Shown here: positions 8,587 to 18,159 of the stretch, piece by piece
Position numbering within the stretch: the stretch's first letter is position 1
Layout: every line of letters begins with the position of its first letter
IMG/VR virus record: IMGVR_UViG_3300045988_146045
Location: 1-45,884 of that record
Source of the DNA: a virus
Reading direction: 5' to 3' (one strand)
Length of the DNA stretch: 45,884 bases
Notes under the pieces: generated by a model
The model's database searches: none
What the model saw: only the letters and a program-made list of their open reading frames with translations
Told to the model about the DNA's origin: nothing
Made by a program: the position numbers and the translations under genes

Positions 8587-8899
8587 AACAGTTATACAAA
8601 ATAAGATTGAAGTTTCTATGTCTCGATTAGGTGCTATTCCTTACAGAATGCAAGTAGGAAATTTTTACACAAACAATATGACACCTATAAAAATAGGCAT
8701 AGTAGGAACTCCTGATTTAATGATTATATGCCCCAATGGGATGACATTATGGTATGAAATTAAAACTAAGACTGGTAAAACTCGAAATGCTCAGGATAAA
8801 TTCCACGAGGAGTTACGCAAGTTAGGACATCTTGTGTTTGTAGTTAGATCAGTCGAGCAAGCTGTACAAATTTATAATACATATGTCGGGAAAAATTAA
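8576..8899 (+). CDS. VRR-NUC domain nuclease (PD-(D/E)XK fold)
   Basis: Motif GTPDLMIICPNG...WYEIKTKTGKTRNAQDKFHEELRKLGHLVFVVRS matches the VRR-NUC signature (G.PDL...E.K...Q..W). Confidence 0.65.
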   Translation: MNPETVIQNKIEVSMSRLGAIPYRMQVGNFYTNNMTPIKIGIVGTPDLMIICPNGMTLWYEIKTKTGKTRNAQDKFHEELRKLGHLVFVVRSVEQAVQIYNTYVGKN

Positions 8900-9092
8900 T
8901 CGTATTGAAGAAAGAAAATGTCCTATATGCGGTAAGACATACGTAAGCATCTACATGAAAGAATGGGCTTATAGAAGGGGCAATTATACATTCTGTAGCT
9001 ACAGCTGTATGTCTAACTATCTTAATAATAAAAGGCATTGGAACAATAAATTTAAAGAAGGTAAAAATAATGCTAAAGATAGAAAAGATTAA
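8883..9092 (+). CDS. Small zinc-ribbon protein (CPICGKTY...CSYSC)
   Basis: Two Cys pairs; 69 aa. Confidence 0.4.
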   Translation: MSGKINRIEERKCPICGKTYVSIYMKEWAYRRGNYTFCSYSCMSNYLNNKRHWNNKFKEGKNNAKDRKD

Positions 9093-9522
9093 AGAAGAAA
9101 TTAAAAATTTTGATACAGATGTTACTGCTGATGAGATTCTCTCTTGCTGGTTACATCGAATTACGACAAATTCCAGTGTTAACAAACACAATTGCAGTGG
9201 ATTAGTATGTTCAGAATGTTTAAGGCTATCATTGTTAAACTTATTAGAAGAATATAAAAAACCGATTAAACTTACTCGATTTGAGTATAAATATTTAAAA
9301 GTTGCTAAAGAGAATGGATACAATTTTATTGCAAAAGATGGAGATGGCAGATTGTTTTTGTATAAAAATAAACCTTTCAAGTCGTTGGATGAATGGATTG
9401 TTGCTAGCAAAGATTGTTGTAGGATTTTAGATAGTTTATTTAAATTTGTTAAATGGGAAGATGAAGATCCATGGAATATTGATAATATTCTAGCTAATTG
9501 TGAGGTGATTGAAAATGAATAG
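9070..9522 (+). CDS. Hypothetical protein (150 aa)
   Basis: ORF in the operon. Confidence 0.4.
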   Translation: MLKIEKIKEEIKNFDTDVTADEILSCWLHRITTNSSVNKHNCSGLVCSECLRLSLLNLLEEYKKPIKLTRFEYKYLKVAKENGYNFIAKDGDGRLFLYKNKPFKSLDEWIVASKDCCRILDSLFKFVKWEDEDPWNIDNILANCEVIENE

Positions 9523-9982
9523 AAAAGAATACAAAGAAAGAATAGCAAGACTAGAAAAAGAATTAGATGAATTAAAGGAAGTGGAAATTGAAGACGATGA
9601 GTTTCCAAGACTTGGAGAGCAATATTGTTTTGTTGATACAGATGGGTATGTTGTTTATGCTCATTGGGACGATAACACAATTGATAATTACCGCAAAGAT
9701 TTTTTAAGAATTTTTAAAACCAAAAAAGAATGTAAACGTTATTTAGAAATTCAAAAAGCATTTAAAGATGAATCTAAAAACTTTGAACCAAATTGGAAAG
9801 ATGGCAATCAAACTAAATATTGCCTTTATTACGACTATGACGAAAATAGTTTGAAGATTAGTGGTTGGAGTACACGTAGGCAAGCGATTTTATATTTCGA
9901 AAGTAGAGAAGTATTAGAAGAATTAATATCACGTTTTGGAAAAGAAGATATTAAAAAATATTATTTTGGAATAGAGGAATAA
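9515..9982 (+). CDS. Hypothetical protein with an N-terminal coiled coil
   Basis: RBS GAGGTGA 6 nt before ATG 9515. Confidence 0.45.
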   Translation: MNRKEYKERIARLEKELDELKEVEIEDDEFPRLGEQYCFVDTDGYVVYAHWDDNTIDNYRKDFLRIFKTKKECKRYLEIQKAFKDESKNFEPNWKDGNQTKYCLYYDYDENSLKISGWSTRRQAILYFESREVLEELISRFGKEDIKKYYFGIEE

Positions 9983-9985
9983 AAG

Positions 9986-10264
9986 ATGACAAATAAGAAA
10001 GTTAATCCAGTGGACATATTAATTAGTCCGCTTGGAATGGAAAATTTATTAGTTATTGATCAATTTAATGATGAGGTAATTAAAAATAATGAATTACTTT
10101 TGGATAAACCGTATTTTTCTTTAGAAGAGGTGTTAGACGGTTTAAATAAAGACAGACATTATTTAATTATTGTCGAGGGTCCGTTACACGGTGAAATTTA
10201 TCGATATAACAATTATGGTGGACAAGAAGTGTATTTGATTGGAAAAACGTGCGGGTACGCATGA
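9986..10264 (+). CDS. Hypothetical protein (92 aa)
   Basis: ORF in the operon. Confidence 0.4.
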   Translation: MTNKKVNPVDILISPLGMENLLVIDQFNDEVIKNNELLLDKPYFSLEEVLDGLNKDRHYLIIVEGPLHGEIYRYNNYGGQEVYLIGKTCGYA

Positions 10265-10279
10265 AAGGAGGATTAAATA

Positions 10280-11029
10280 ATGCCTAAATATAGAAAGAAA
10301 CCCGTAGTTGTAGAAGCAGTTCGGTGGACGGGAAGTAATTTAGAAGAAATACGTAATTTTGTTGGTGGTGATTTAATCGAAGAATGTGTGGAACTTTTTG
10401 ATATAAAGAGGACGTTAAAGGAAATGCTAGTTGATATTGCAATCGACACGCTAGAAGGAACAATGAGAGTTGATTATGGCGATTATATCATCAAAGGTGT
10501 ACAAGGAGAATTTTACCCTTGTAAGCCCGATATTTTCCATGAAACGTATGAGAACTTGATAGACAAAAATGGAGAATATGAGGTAAAAGATGAAGAAATT
10601 AGCAAATTGCTAACTCCACAAAAACCAAAAACTGTCTGGGATTTAAAAGATGGTGATAAATGTTTTAAAGTACACTGTAATGGCGCAATAGAAGCGCGTA
10701 ATTGGAATAAAAACGATGACAACTTAAACAAATGTAGAGAATTAGGTTTTATTTTCTTAACCAAAGAAGAAGCCGAATTTGAAGTTGAGCGAAGAAAGTG
10801 CGAAGTAATTATGCTTAAACATGGAACTCGTGATACCGTACCAGAGAATCTTGAACACGTATATAAGTGGACCATCGGTATCGATAACAAAAACAAGGCA
10901 ACACACAGTAATTTTATATGGAGAGTCGTTTCTAGTGGGACAATCTGGTTTGCCACAAAAGAACTTGTACACAAGACAATAGAAGAAATAGGCGAAGATA
11001 GATTAAAAAAATATGTCCTCAAGGTTTAG
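10280..11029 (+). CDS. Hypothetical protein (249 aa)
   Basis: RBS AAAGGAGG upstream. Confidence 0.5.
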   Translation: MPKYRKKPVVVEAVRWTGSNLEEIRNFVGGDLIEECVELFDIKRTLKEMLVDIAIDTLEGTMRVDYGDYIIKGVQGEFYPCKPDIFHETYENLIDKNGEYEVKDEEISKLLTPQKPKTVWDLKDGDKCFKVHCNGAIEARNWNKNDDNLNKCRELGFIFLTKEEAEFEVERRKCEVIMLKHGTRDTVPENLEHVYKWTIGIDNKNKATHSNFIWRVVSSGTIWFATKELVHKTIEEIGEDRLKKYVLKV

Positions 11030-11042
11030 GAGGTAATGGAAG

Positions 11043-11354
11043 ATGGGAATTTGGATTAGAAGTCAAGATCAATGTCAATTGGCTATATTTATGGATATTT
11101 ATATAGAAGATAGTTACAATGGTGACTTTGAAATATATGGGTGTACTTGTAGCGATGAGTCAAATATGTTAGGTAAATATGATAATAAAGAAAAAGCAGT
11201 CAAAGTATTGGATATGATACAAGAACATATTGAAAGTAACAAAAGTGAATTTTGGAATCGCAACTATGGCGAAGAATGGGGAGGAAGCATTGTGACACAT
11301 AGCAATGATGTATTTCAAATGCCACGAGATATTATAATCGACGACGAGGTTTAA
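11043..11354 (+). CDS. Hypothetical protein (103 aa)
   Basis: RBS AGGAGG upstream. Confidence 0.45.
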   Translation: MGIWIRSQDQCQLAIFMDIYIEDSYNGDFEIYGCTCSDESNMLGKYDNKEKAVKVLDMIQEHIESNKSEFWNRNYGEEWGGSIVTHSNDVFQMPRDIIIDDEV

Positions 11355-11357
11355 ATA

Positions 11358-11645
11358 ATGAGATTTTTAACAATGTTAGCAACAAAATGTAAAGTGTGTA
11401 AAAAACGAAGCATTTGTAATTATAAAAGAATGGTAGCTTGTGCATTAGCTGAATTACCACTACAACATCATGCGGATTATGCTATGGGTATGAAAGCTGA
11501 TTGTGTTGCTCCAATGATTAGAAAAAGAGATTTAAGAGATATTTATATCAGTGAAAATGTAAAAGTAACTATTGATCTTGAAGATGTTAAAAAGGAAATT
11601 GCAAACCAATTTTATAACCCGTTAAGAGTTGGAAATATAAAATAA
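11358..11645 (+). CDS. Hypothetical Cys-containing protein (95 aa)
   Basis: ORF in the operon. Confidence 0.4.
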   Translation: MRFLTMLATKCKVCKKRSICNYKRMVACALAELPLQHHADYAMGMKADCVAPMIRKRDLRDIYISENVKVTIDLEDVKKEIANQFYNPLRVGNIK

Positions 11646-11657
11646 TGAGGTGGAAGT

Positions 11658-12035
11658 ATGAGTAAATATCAAGAAGCAAAAGACAATATAGTTAATACAC
11701 TTGCTAGACAAATTGATTATAAAACATATAAAAATTTATATAGTGAAGATTTTGATACTCTACAAGAATTAGTTGATAAAGCAACGCCTAAAAATCCAAT
11801 TTTAAGTAAAGCATGGAAGGTGAAAATGACCGCTAAAGAAATGTTCGAGGAATTAGGGTTTTATATAACAATATACAACGATGGTGAAATAATAATATGG
11901 ACGAACAGAGATATTGATTGCAAGATTTCGTTTTATGAACACGATAAAGAATACGGTGTCTTTGGATGTTGTTATATTAATTTAGAAATACATAATGCAA
12001 TAACAACGCAATTAAAAGAACTGGGGTGGATTTGA
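11658..12035 (+). CDS. Hypothetical protein (125 aa)
   Basis: RBS GAGGTGGAAG upstream. Confidence 0.45.
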   Translation: MSKYQEAKDNIVNTLARQIDYKTYKNLYSEDFDTLQELVDKATPKNPILSKAWKVKMTAKEMFEELGFYITIYNDGEIIIWTNRDIDCKISFYEHDKEYGVFGCCYINLEIHNAITTQLKELGWI

Positions 12036-12199
12036 TGGAAAATGAACAAGATTGGAAGTTCGATAAAAAGAAAGCTAGTACAGCGTTGCAAGAATTGTCT
12101 TGTCATGTCAATCCCTTTAGAGATGAAAATGTAGCAGAGTTAGTTAGAGTTATTACTTATTGTATGGATTTAGAAAAAGCGCTGGAAAGAGTGGTGTAA
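12035..12199 (+). CDS. Hypothetical small protein (54 aa), approximate coordinates
   Basis: ATG overlaps the upstream TGA; not in the ORF track because it is under 60 aa. Confidence 0.3.
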   Translation: MENEQDWKFDKKKASTALQELSCHVNPFRDENVAELVRVITYCMDLEKALERVV

Positions 12200-12204
12200 G
12201 GAAA

Positions 12205-12471
12205 ATGCTTAGTAAAGAAGAGCAATTAAAATTAGAAACAGAGTTAATTCTTTTATTAGATGAATTATGTTCTGATTGTATGTTGTATAGAGGTGTTAAG
12301 GAAAAATATGTAATAGCAAGTACGCTATTTAGAGGTAAGTTTGCGTTAGGACGTATCGTTGATTGCAACCATATTCATAAAGCAATTGAGGAGAGCGGAA
12401 AGCAATGTTTATCACCTGGAGAAGTATTTAAAATATTTGTAAATAAGGAATGGATTGATAATGATGAGTAA
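12205..12471 (+). CDS. Hypothetical protein (from MLSKEEQ)
   Basis: RBS AAGGAAA before ATG 12205; same frame as the track ORF 12160..12471. Confidence 0.4.
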   Translation: MLSKEEQLKLETELILLLDELCSDCMLYRGVKEKYVIASTLFRGKFALGRIVDCNHIHKAIEESGKQCLSPGEVFKIFVNKEWIDNDE

Positions 12472-12949
12472 AGAAGAGTGTTTAAAAGCATTATGTAGAA
12501 TACAATGTGGGGCGAAATCTAACGAAGATTGTGAAGCGTGTGAATGTTTTGATGATAAAATCGATTCTTGGAAATGTGTAGAGAACACCAAGGAAAGCAT
12601 TTTAATAAGAGAAGTTATCGAAGAACATTTTGAACTTTTAAATGGGATAGAAAGAATTATTAACAAAGCGAAAGAATTAAGTGATTCAAATGATGAACTA
12701 AGAGGACAATTATATTTTCCTGAGCCTTACAAATTTGAAGAGTTAAAGCCTAATATGTGGGTTTGGGATAATGTAGCAAAAGAATGTTTATACGTTGTTA
12801 GACCTTTTGTAGGTTCGTTCACTGGGGTTAAGTATTTTAGTTATTTAAGAATTTATAAGAATTTAGAAGAAATAAAAAAATTAGATATTAAATTTGAAGA
12901 AAACCGTTTCTTTCCAGTGCAATGTGCTAATTATTTAGGAGGAATATAA
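12461..12949 (+). CDS. Hypothetical Cys-rich protein
   Basis: RBS AAGGAA before ATG 12461. Confidence 0.4.
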   Translation: MMSKEECLKALCRIQCGAKSNEDCEACECFDDKIDSWKCVENTKESILIREVIEEHFELLNGIERIINKAKELSDSNDELRGQLYFPEPYKFEELKPNMWVWDNVAKECLYVVRPFVGSFTGVKYFSYLRIYKNLEEIKKLDIKFEENRFFPVQCANYLGGI

Positions 12950-13431
12950 TGAATAAATTTAAAGAACAATTTGAGTATATAAGAAAACAACAAACTATTT
13001 TAGATACACGTATTTTAAATGGTAATGAATATCCTGAAAATAAAATGAGTATAGCTCTATTCGTTGAGCTAGGCGAGCTGATGAATGAACTTCCAACATA
13101 TTTTAAACACTGGAAGAAATCGGCTGTAGACAATAAAGAAAAGGCTTTAGAGGAATATGTTGACTGTCTGCACTTTGCAGTAAGCTTACTTAATTATAAC
13201 GAAATTGATATTAATTTCACGTATAATGATTGTTTTCCTGATAGTAATCCATACAGTCGTGACAATATATTCACAGAGTTAATAACGATTGCATCAATGT
13301 CGGGGTTTGATTATTCGATTAAAAAATTGTTTGCTTTAGGACATCGTTTTGGTTTTACATGGGATGAGATTTACGAAATGTATTTAAAGAAAAATAAAAT
13401 AAATCATGAAAGACAAAATGGAGGATATTAG
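12949..13431 (+). CDS. Dimeric dUTPase / all-alpha NTP pyrophosphatase (dUTPase_2, MazG-like)
   Basis: Pattern ...ELGELMNELPTYFKHWKK...EEYVDCLHFAVSLL matches the dimeric dUTPase family common in Firmicutes phages. Confidence 0.5.
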   Translation: MNKFKEQFEYIRKQQTILDTRILNGNEYPENKMSIALFVELGELMNELPTYFKHWKKSAVDNKEKALEEYVDCLHFAVSLLNYNEIDINFTYNDCFPDSNPYSRDNIFTELITIASMSGFDYSIKKLFALGHRFGFTWDEIYEMYLKKNKINHERQNGGY

Positions 13432-13432
13432 A

Positions 13433-13606
13433 ATGGTTACATTTATCACAACTGTTTTAGCAGTTATCATTACTTTATTGATTAAGTTTGGTCTACTGGC
13501 ACTGATTGTATGGGGGATATGTATGTGTTTTGGATTATCATTTAATATATTATGGGTTTTAGGCATCTTTTTAGTGATTTGCGCTATTAAAATATTATTT
13601 TCTTAG
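13433..13606 (+). CDS. Small membrane protein (two TM helices)
   Basis: RBS GGAGG before ATG 13433; hydrophobic sequence. Confidence 0.4.
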   Translation: MVTFITTVLAVIITLLIKFGLLALIVWGICMCFGLSFNILWVLGIFLVICAIKILFS

Positions 13607-13620
13607 GAGGAAAGATAAAA

Positions 13621-13761
13621 ATGTATATATTTGTTTTACTAACAATAATTCTTTTAACGATAATCATTTGTGAGACAGTTGAAAAAATTTATATTTACAG
13701 AATGTATAAAAATTTATCCCCTGAGCAGATAGAGGCTTTTGTACGTAATGCCAAACGATAA
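13621..13761 (+). CDS. Small membrane protein (46 aa), approximate coordinates
   Basis: RBS TAGGAGGAAAG 7 nt before ATG; N-terminal TM helix. Confidence 0.35.
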   Translation: MYIFVLLTIILLTIIICETVEKIYIYRMYKNLSPEQIEAFVRNAKR

Positions 13762-16174
13762 CAATGAATTTAAAGTGACCCTTGAGGCTATCAAAAACGC
13801 TACGTCATGCGTTGCGATAGCTTCTTCTGTTTGTGGACTTCCTATTAAAAATTCGGGGGATAGGTGTCCTAGTTTCTTACACAGCGGGTCGAACCCTAAT
13901 TCAGTCGTCATCAACAATGATTACTGGTATTCATTTTCAGATGCTCAGGGCGGTGATGTCATTGACCTGTTGGCGCTGCACACATATGATGCTGATAGAG
14001 GTCAGGCGATAAAATTTCTTAGTGAATATACCGGCATACCATTACCTAATAGCGAGTATTCCGAAAAATGGAAAGATTACACACAAAATCTATGTAATAA
14101 AGTCGAAGCATGGCATAAAAATTTAACCGATGAACACCGTAAATATTTACATAATCGCAAAATCAACGATGAAACCATAAATAAATTAAAAATCGGATTT
14201 AATTTCGATGAAAATCGATTAATAATTCCTATGTGGAAGAACGGATATATATGTTATTACTGCGGTAGAACGATGGGTGAGGTAACAAAAACCAATCCCA
14301 AGTATAAAAAACCGTATTTAGACGGATTCAATGAAAATGATATTTTTGGATTAGATACACTAAACCGTGATAAATCGGTACTCGTTTTAGCCGAGGGAGC
14401 GTTTGATTATTTATCGTTCTATCAGGAAAACTACGCTGTATTAAGTATGGCGGGGGGAACTTTTTCAAAAAAACAAACAAAACATATATTACAGATAGCT
14501 AAAAATTTTGACAAAGTCCTATTGACGTTCGACAACGATAAATCAGGCGGACAGTTTACAGTTTCAATGGCTAAAAAATTATTCAGCTATCACATACCGT
14601 TCATTGTATCAACACCCCCATCTAAATATAAGGATATTTCAGACTACTATCAGGATGGTGGGAATTTAGCTGCTTTAATCAACGATGCAGAGCAAGGTAT
14701 TAAATCGCTTGCTAAAATGTTTAAAAATAAGGAAGATTTTGAAAACTTTATAATTAATAATCGGCGTTATATAAAACGTACAGATATTATTGATATTTTT
14801 GATGTTATAATCAGGGATCAAATTTTCCCTGATGCGTCAAAAGAGTGGATCAAGGAGGTAAAATCTATGTCATTAAAACCATCAACAGACGATGAAATAG
14901 CAAAGGTCGTCATGAAAAAACATAAATTTATACATAATCCATCATTGGGGATAATGGAATACAACGGGCGATACTGGCAGTCAATAACTGATGAACAGTG
15001 TCGTAAATATATCGGTCAGGAATACAGTTCAGTACGTACATTATCTAAATTAAACTCAGTTTTAGGGTTAATCAAGGCAGATACAGTTACGGATAAAATT
15101 CCTAACGAGAAACCGCTTATCAATTTCGTTAATGGTACATTTGAAATCGAAACTGGAAATTTACGTGAGCATAACGAAAATGATTTTTTATCATATGAAC
15201 TGCCTTATCCGTACAATCCAAATGCTCATTCAAGTGACTGGGATAAATTCATCAATTCAATTTTCGATGATCCTAAGAAGATTCAACTGCTTCAGGAATA
15301 TTCGGGGTACGCTTTATATTCAACAAACATATTACAGTCAGCACTTTACTTAGTAGGGAATGGAGCTAATGGTAAATCAGTATATCTAAACACAATACAG
15401 CGTGTATTTGGCGGTGCTTCGAATGTATCTAATGTAGAGCTTACAGCGTTCAATGATAAATTTCAGCTCATCTACCTGATGGGTAAGTTGATAAATGTTT
15501 CTAACGAAACTAAGACAGATTCCAAGGGGGCGGAAACCAATTTCAAATCGGTTGTTGCCGGAGATCCGATTCAGGCTTGCTACAAAGGCAAGGACTTTAT
15601 CCAGTTCAAGCCTCGGTGCAAATTATTCTTTGGATGTAACGAACTGCCAAAATCCCGCGATCTAACTGATGGATTTACGCGAAGAATGCTTATTTTAAAG
15701 TTTCCATTTAAATTTACAGACAACCCGGTAAATGAAAATGAACGTAGCGCAGATAGAAACATCGAAGCTAAATTACAAACACCTGAAAATCTGTCAGGTA
15801 TATTCAACTGGGTATATGAGGGATATAAAAAACTAAAACATAATGGTAAGTTTACGATTCCCAATGATCAGAAGGAACAGATGGAAGAATACAAGGAGAC
15901 AGCAAATCCGATTGTACTGTTTGTTAAGGAATTTGACTGGACCATATTAAAACACTACAGTGACAAACCACCGGTATTTGAAACAGTAAATGAAATGACT
16001 AATCAGGAATTATATGATTTATATAGCGCATGGTCAGTTAGAAACGGCTATGTTTACAAAAATAATTTACAGTCGTTTAAAAGAGAGTTTTCAAAGTGCG
16101 CTAAGGATTATAGAAATGATATAGAAAACTATTGCAGAAATGGAGTACGCGGGATTAAAAAACTAGCGTACTAA
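13739..16174 (+). CDS. DNA primase / SF3 helicase (DnaG-like CHC2 zinc finger plus TOPRIM plus D5_N / P4-type primase C-terminal NTPase)
   Basis: Zn-finger segment CPSFLHSGSNPNS, TOPRIM-like middle region, Walker A VGNGANGKS in the C-terminal third; 811 aa. Confidence 0.8.
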   Translation: MYVMPNDNNEFKVTLEAIKNATSCVAIASSVCGLPIKNSGDRCPSFLHSGSNPNSVVINNDYWYSFSDAQGGDVIDLLALHTYDADRGQAIKFLSEYTGIPLPNSEYSEKWKDYTQNLCNKVEAWHKNLTDEHRKYLHNRKINDETINKLKIGFNFDENRLIIPMWKNGYICYYCGRTMGEVTKTNPKYKKPYLDGFNENDIFGLDTLNRDKSVLVLAEGAFDYLSFYQENYAVLSMAGGTFSKKQTKHILQIAKNFDKVLLTFDNDKSGGQFTVSMAKKLFSYHIPFIVSTPPSKYKDISDYYQDGGNLAALINDAEQGIKSLAKMFKNKEDFENFIINNRRYIKRTDIIDIFDVIIRDQIFPDASKEWIKEVKSMSLKPSTDDEIAKVVMKKHKFIHNPSLGIMEYNGRYWQSITDEQCRKYIGQEYSSVRTLSKLNSVLGLIKADTVTDKIPNEKPLINFVNGTFEIETGNLREHNENDFLSYELPYPYNPNAHSSDWDKFINSIFDDPKKIQLLQEYSGYALYSTNILQSALYLVGNGANGKSVYLNTIQRVFGGASNVSNVELTAFNDKFQLIYLMGKLINVSNETKTDSKGAETNFKSVVAGDPIQACYKGKDFIQFKPRCKLFFGCNELPKSRDLTDGFTRRMLILKFPFKFTDNPVNENERSADRNIEAKLQTPENLSGIFNWVYEGYKKLKHNGKFTIPNDQKEQMEEYKETANPIVLFVKEFDWTILKHYSDKPPVFETVNEMTNQELYDLYSAWSVRNGYVYKNNLQSFKREFSKCAKDYRNDIENYCRNGVRGIKKLAY

Positions 16175-16460
16175 ATACACTTTAACCGTACTATCTAGCG
16201 TACTAAAAAAATATTTTCATAAATTTTAGTACACTAGAATATAAAAAAGTACGCTTAAAGTACACTTGGAAAAATATTAGCGTACTGAGTGAAACTATTG
16301 GTATATATAGACTTTTTATATATTAGTACACTTAGTACACTAATATATACTGTTATTAAAAAATATATATAAAACATTAAAAATACATATAATTACATAT
16401 ATATAACAACGACCCCACCCCCTAGCGTACTAAGCGTACTTTACTAATTTTAAGGAGGAA
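16160..16460. repeat. Putative replication origin: TAGCGTACTAA iterons (at least 4 copies) and AGTACAC(T) repeats, followed by an AT-rich unwinding stretch
   Basis: Direct repeats at 16166, 16196, 16281 and 16424 (plus a partial copy at 16435). AGTACAC at 16232, 16257-16275 and 16328-16340. A-T-only run around 16340-16415. Lies immediately after the primase-helicase gene. Confidence 0.55.
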
Positions 16461-16515
16461 AATATGTTTATAAGAATCGATGAAAATAATGCTAAACTAT
16501 TAAATTTATTAGGAT

Positions 16516-17178
16516 GTGATAATAATGACTAGAAAACATAAACCAAGAACTAAAGAAGCATTATTAGACAAAGCTGAATCTTTAAATATCGATGTAGACC
16601 CTGATAAACTCTATACATTAAATGATATTGCTAGAACTAAGGCAAAAATAAACGGTACTACGTCACCGATTAATCAAAATGAAACCCGTGGCGGCGAACG
16701 TTCTAATACGCCATCACTTTCCAGTATCAGTGATCCGATAAATGCTAAACTTTTAGAACACGCATTCAAATACTGGAATGTACCAATGGCTAAGAATGAT
16801 GAAGAAATAGCACAACGTATTGAATTTTATTTTAACGACTGCTACAAAAATCAATTAAAACCAACTCTGGAAGGGTGTGCACTTGCAATCGGTACAACTA
16901 CTCAAACATTGTATAATTGGAGTGAAAAAGATAGTAAATCGGAGTTTGATAGGTTTGACTTAGCAAAAAGAATTCGTCAATTATTATCTGATTTTGACGC
17001 CAATTTATTAATAAACGGTAAGATGAACCCAGTAGCGTATATTTTCAGAGCAAAAAACTACTACGGCATGAAAGATCAGACCGAAAGTATCGTTAAACAT
17101 GAAAATAACCTAGGTGAAACTAAAACAGCCGATGAACTTTTAGAGATAATTGAAGCTGATGTAATAGAAACGGATTAA
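16516..17178 (+). CDS. terS: Terminase small subunit (Terminase_2-like) with an N-terminal extension
   Basis: C-terminal half LEGCALAIGTTTQTLYNWSEKDS...NGKMNPVAYIFRAKNYYGMKDQ matches the TerS HTH-plus-oligomerisation signature. Confidence 0.6.
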   Translation: MIIMTRKHKPRTKEALLDKAESLNIDVDPDKLYTLNDIARTKAKINGTTSPINQNETRGGERSNTPSLSSISDPINAKLLEHAFKYWNVPMAKNDEEIAQRIEFYFNDCYKNQLKPTLEGCALAIGTTTQTLYNWSEKDSKSEFDRFDLAKRIRQLLSDFDANLLINGKMNPVAYIFRAKNYYGMKDQTESIVKHENNLGETKTADELLEIIEADVIETD

Positions 17179-17200
17179 TTTCCGTTTTTTTGTACCCAAA
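17171..17200 (+). terminator. Rho-independent terminator after terS (gaaacggattaatttccgttttttt)
   Basis: 7-8 bp stem followed by T7. Confidence 0.6.
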
Positions 17201-17523
17201 ATTTGACAGAAACGCATTAATAGGGAATTTCAGCTTGGTATTTATTTAGTGTGTGACTAAAACGGTTGCTAAATTCGCGTTTTTATTATTTTTTTGTTAC
17301 TGTAGGGGCTGTTTTATGCACAAAGGCATAAAATATAGTAAGAATATTAAACAACTCATATAGTGGCTAGGAATGATTTATATAAGTATATAAAGGTGTG
17401 TGTATTTGGCTGAATAACTATAATTTAGCGTATAAGCGTTGTTTGTGATAAATGGTTATATTTGTAGGGTAAATAAAAAACGCCGCTTATACGACGTATT
17501 TTTTAGTTGTTTTATTTAGCTAA

Positions 17524-17548
17524 TAAAAAAAGGCACTGTTTAGTGCCT
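17524..17548 (-). terminator. Rho-independent terminator for the minus-strand acidic-protein cassette (aggcact-gttt-agtgcct preceded by A7 on the plus strand)
   Basis: Hairpin followed by a U-run when read on the minus strand; a second candidate lies at 17475-17504. Confidence 0.55.
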
Positions 17549-17646
17549 TCTATTAGAACATAATGCAAATACTTTTATAAATGTTATAGGCGCTAGAAAT
17601 ACTATATTGAATATGATATTAAACATCACTTTAATTAACCAAAGCA

Positions 17647-17937
17647 TTAAGCCACCTCCTTGCATAGATCAACGAATTGTCTAAGACGGTCGATATCCAA
17701 TTGTTCTGTTAATTCTTCAATGATAGATTGTTTTAAATCGTTATCTATAAACATTATTTCGTCGCATTCTAATTCAAATAAATCATCTATAAGAGATTGT
17801 AGCGGGTTTAAATCATCATGGTATCTGGATGAATAATCTTCGTCCAATCCTACTAAAACCGCTAAATCTCTATCAGGTATATCAATTACTATATAATCAC
17901 TGTTATTCATACCACTAAATCTTAATAGTTCAGTCAT
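17647..17937 (-). CDS. Small highly acidic protein (96 aa; 29 D/E against 9 K/R)
   Basis: RBS GGAGGTAA; second gene of a two-gene minus-strand cassette with its own terminators; its composition resembles DNA-mimic and anti-defense proteins. Confidence 0.5.
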   Translation of the reverse strand: MTELLRFSGMNNSDYIVIDIPDRDLAVLVGLDEDYSSRYHDDLNPLQSLIDDLFELECDEIMFIDNDLKQSIIEELTEQLDIDRLRQFVDLCKEVA

Positions 17938-18159
17938 TTAAATTACCTCCGTGTCTAAACATGCAAATGTAATGGCATCATATATAAATTCCCATTCGTC
18001 AAATGTTATTAACTCCATATCTAGCAGCAAATTACTTTGACTGTTTAACGCGATTGCAACACGTTTAACCATTTTGTGGTCACGATCACCTTTGAATTTT
18101 AACAAGACCCTAAAACCTAAGTCTATATTATCAAATGCTTTTCTTTTTAATTCTTCCAT
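17938..18159 (-). CDS. Small acidic protein (73 aa)
   Basis: First gene of the minus-strand cassette; its stop abuts the downstream gene's start. Confidence 0.45.
   Translation of the reverse strand: MEELKRKAFDNIDLGFRVLLKFKGDRDHKMVKRVAIALNSQSNLLLDMELITFDEWEFIYDAITFACLDTEVI

Noticed and set aside
8844-9680. 278-aa minus-strand ORF from the six-frame track
   Set aside because: It runs antisense across three well-supported plus-strand genes, has no RBS, and its translation is low-complexity (L/F/I/S-rich), typical of AT-rich antisense frames.
10513-11022. 169-aa minus-strand ORF, together with several other 60-110-aa antisense or alternate-frame ORFs (e.g. 662..880, 955..1152, 1627..1842, 2453..2719, 2913..3200, 6627..6921, 12153..12666, 15132..15864, 22814..23044, 24150..24488, 27273..27690, 30268..30648, 32057..33153, 35817..36146, 37736..38533, 38703..38927)
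   Set aside because: All are embedded in, or antisense to, longer ORFs with clear homology or RBSs. None has a convincing Shine-Dalgarno sequence or recognisable domain.
16160-16460. Repeat-rich non-coding region as a CRISPR array
   Set aside because: Repeats are 8-11 bp, irregularly spaced and AT-rich, with no uniform repeat-spacer periodicity and no cas genes. Origin iterons fit better.
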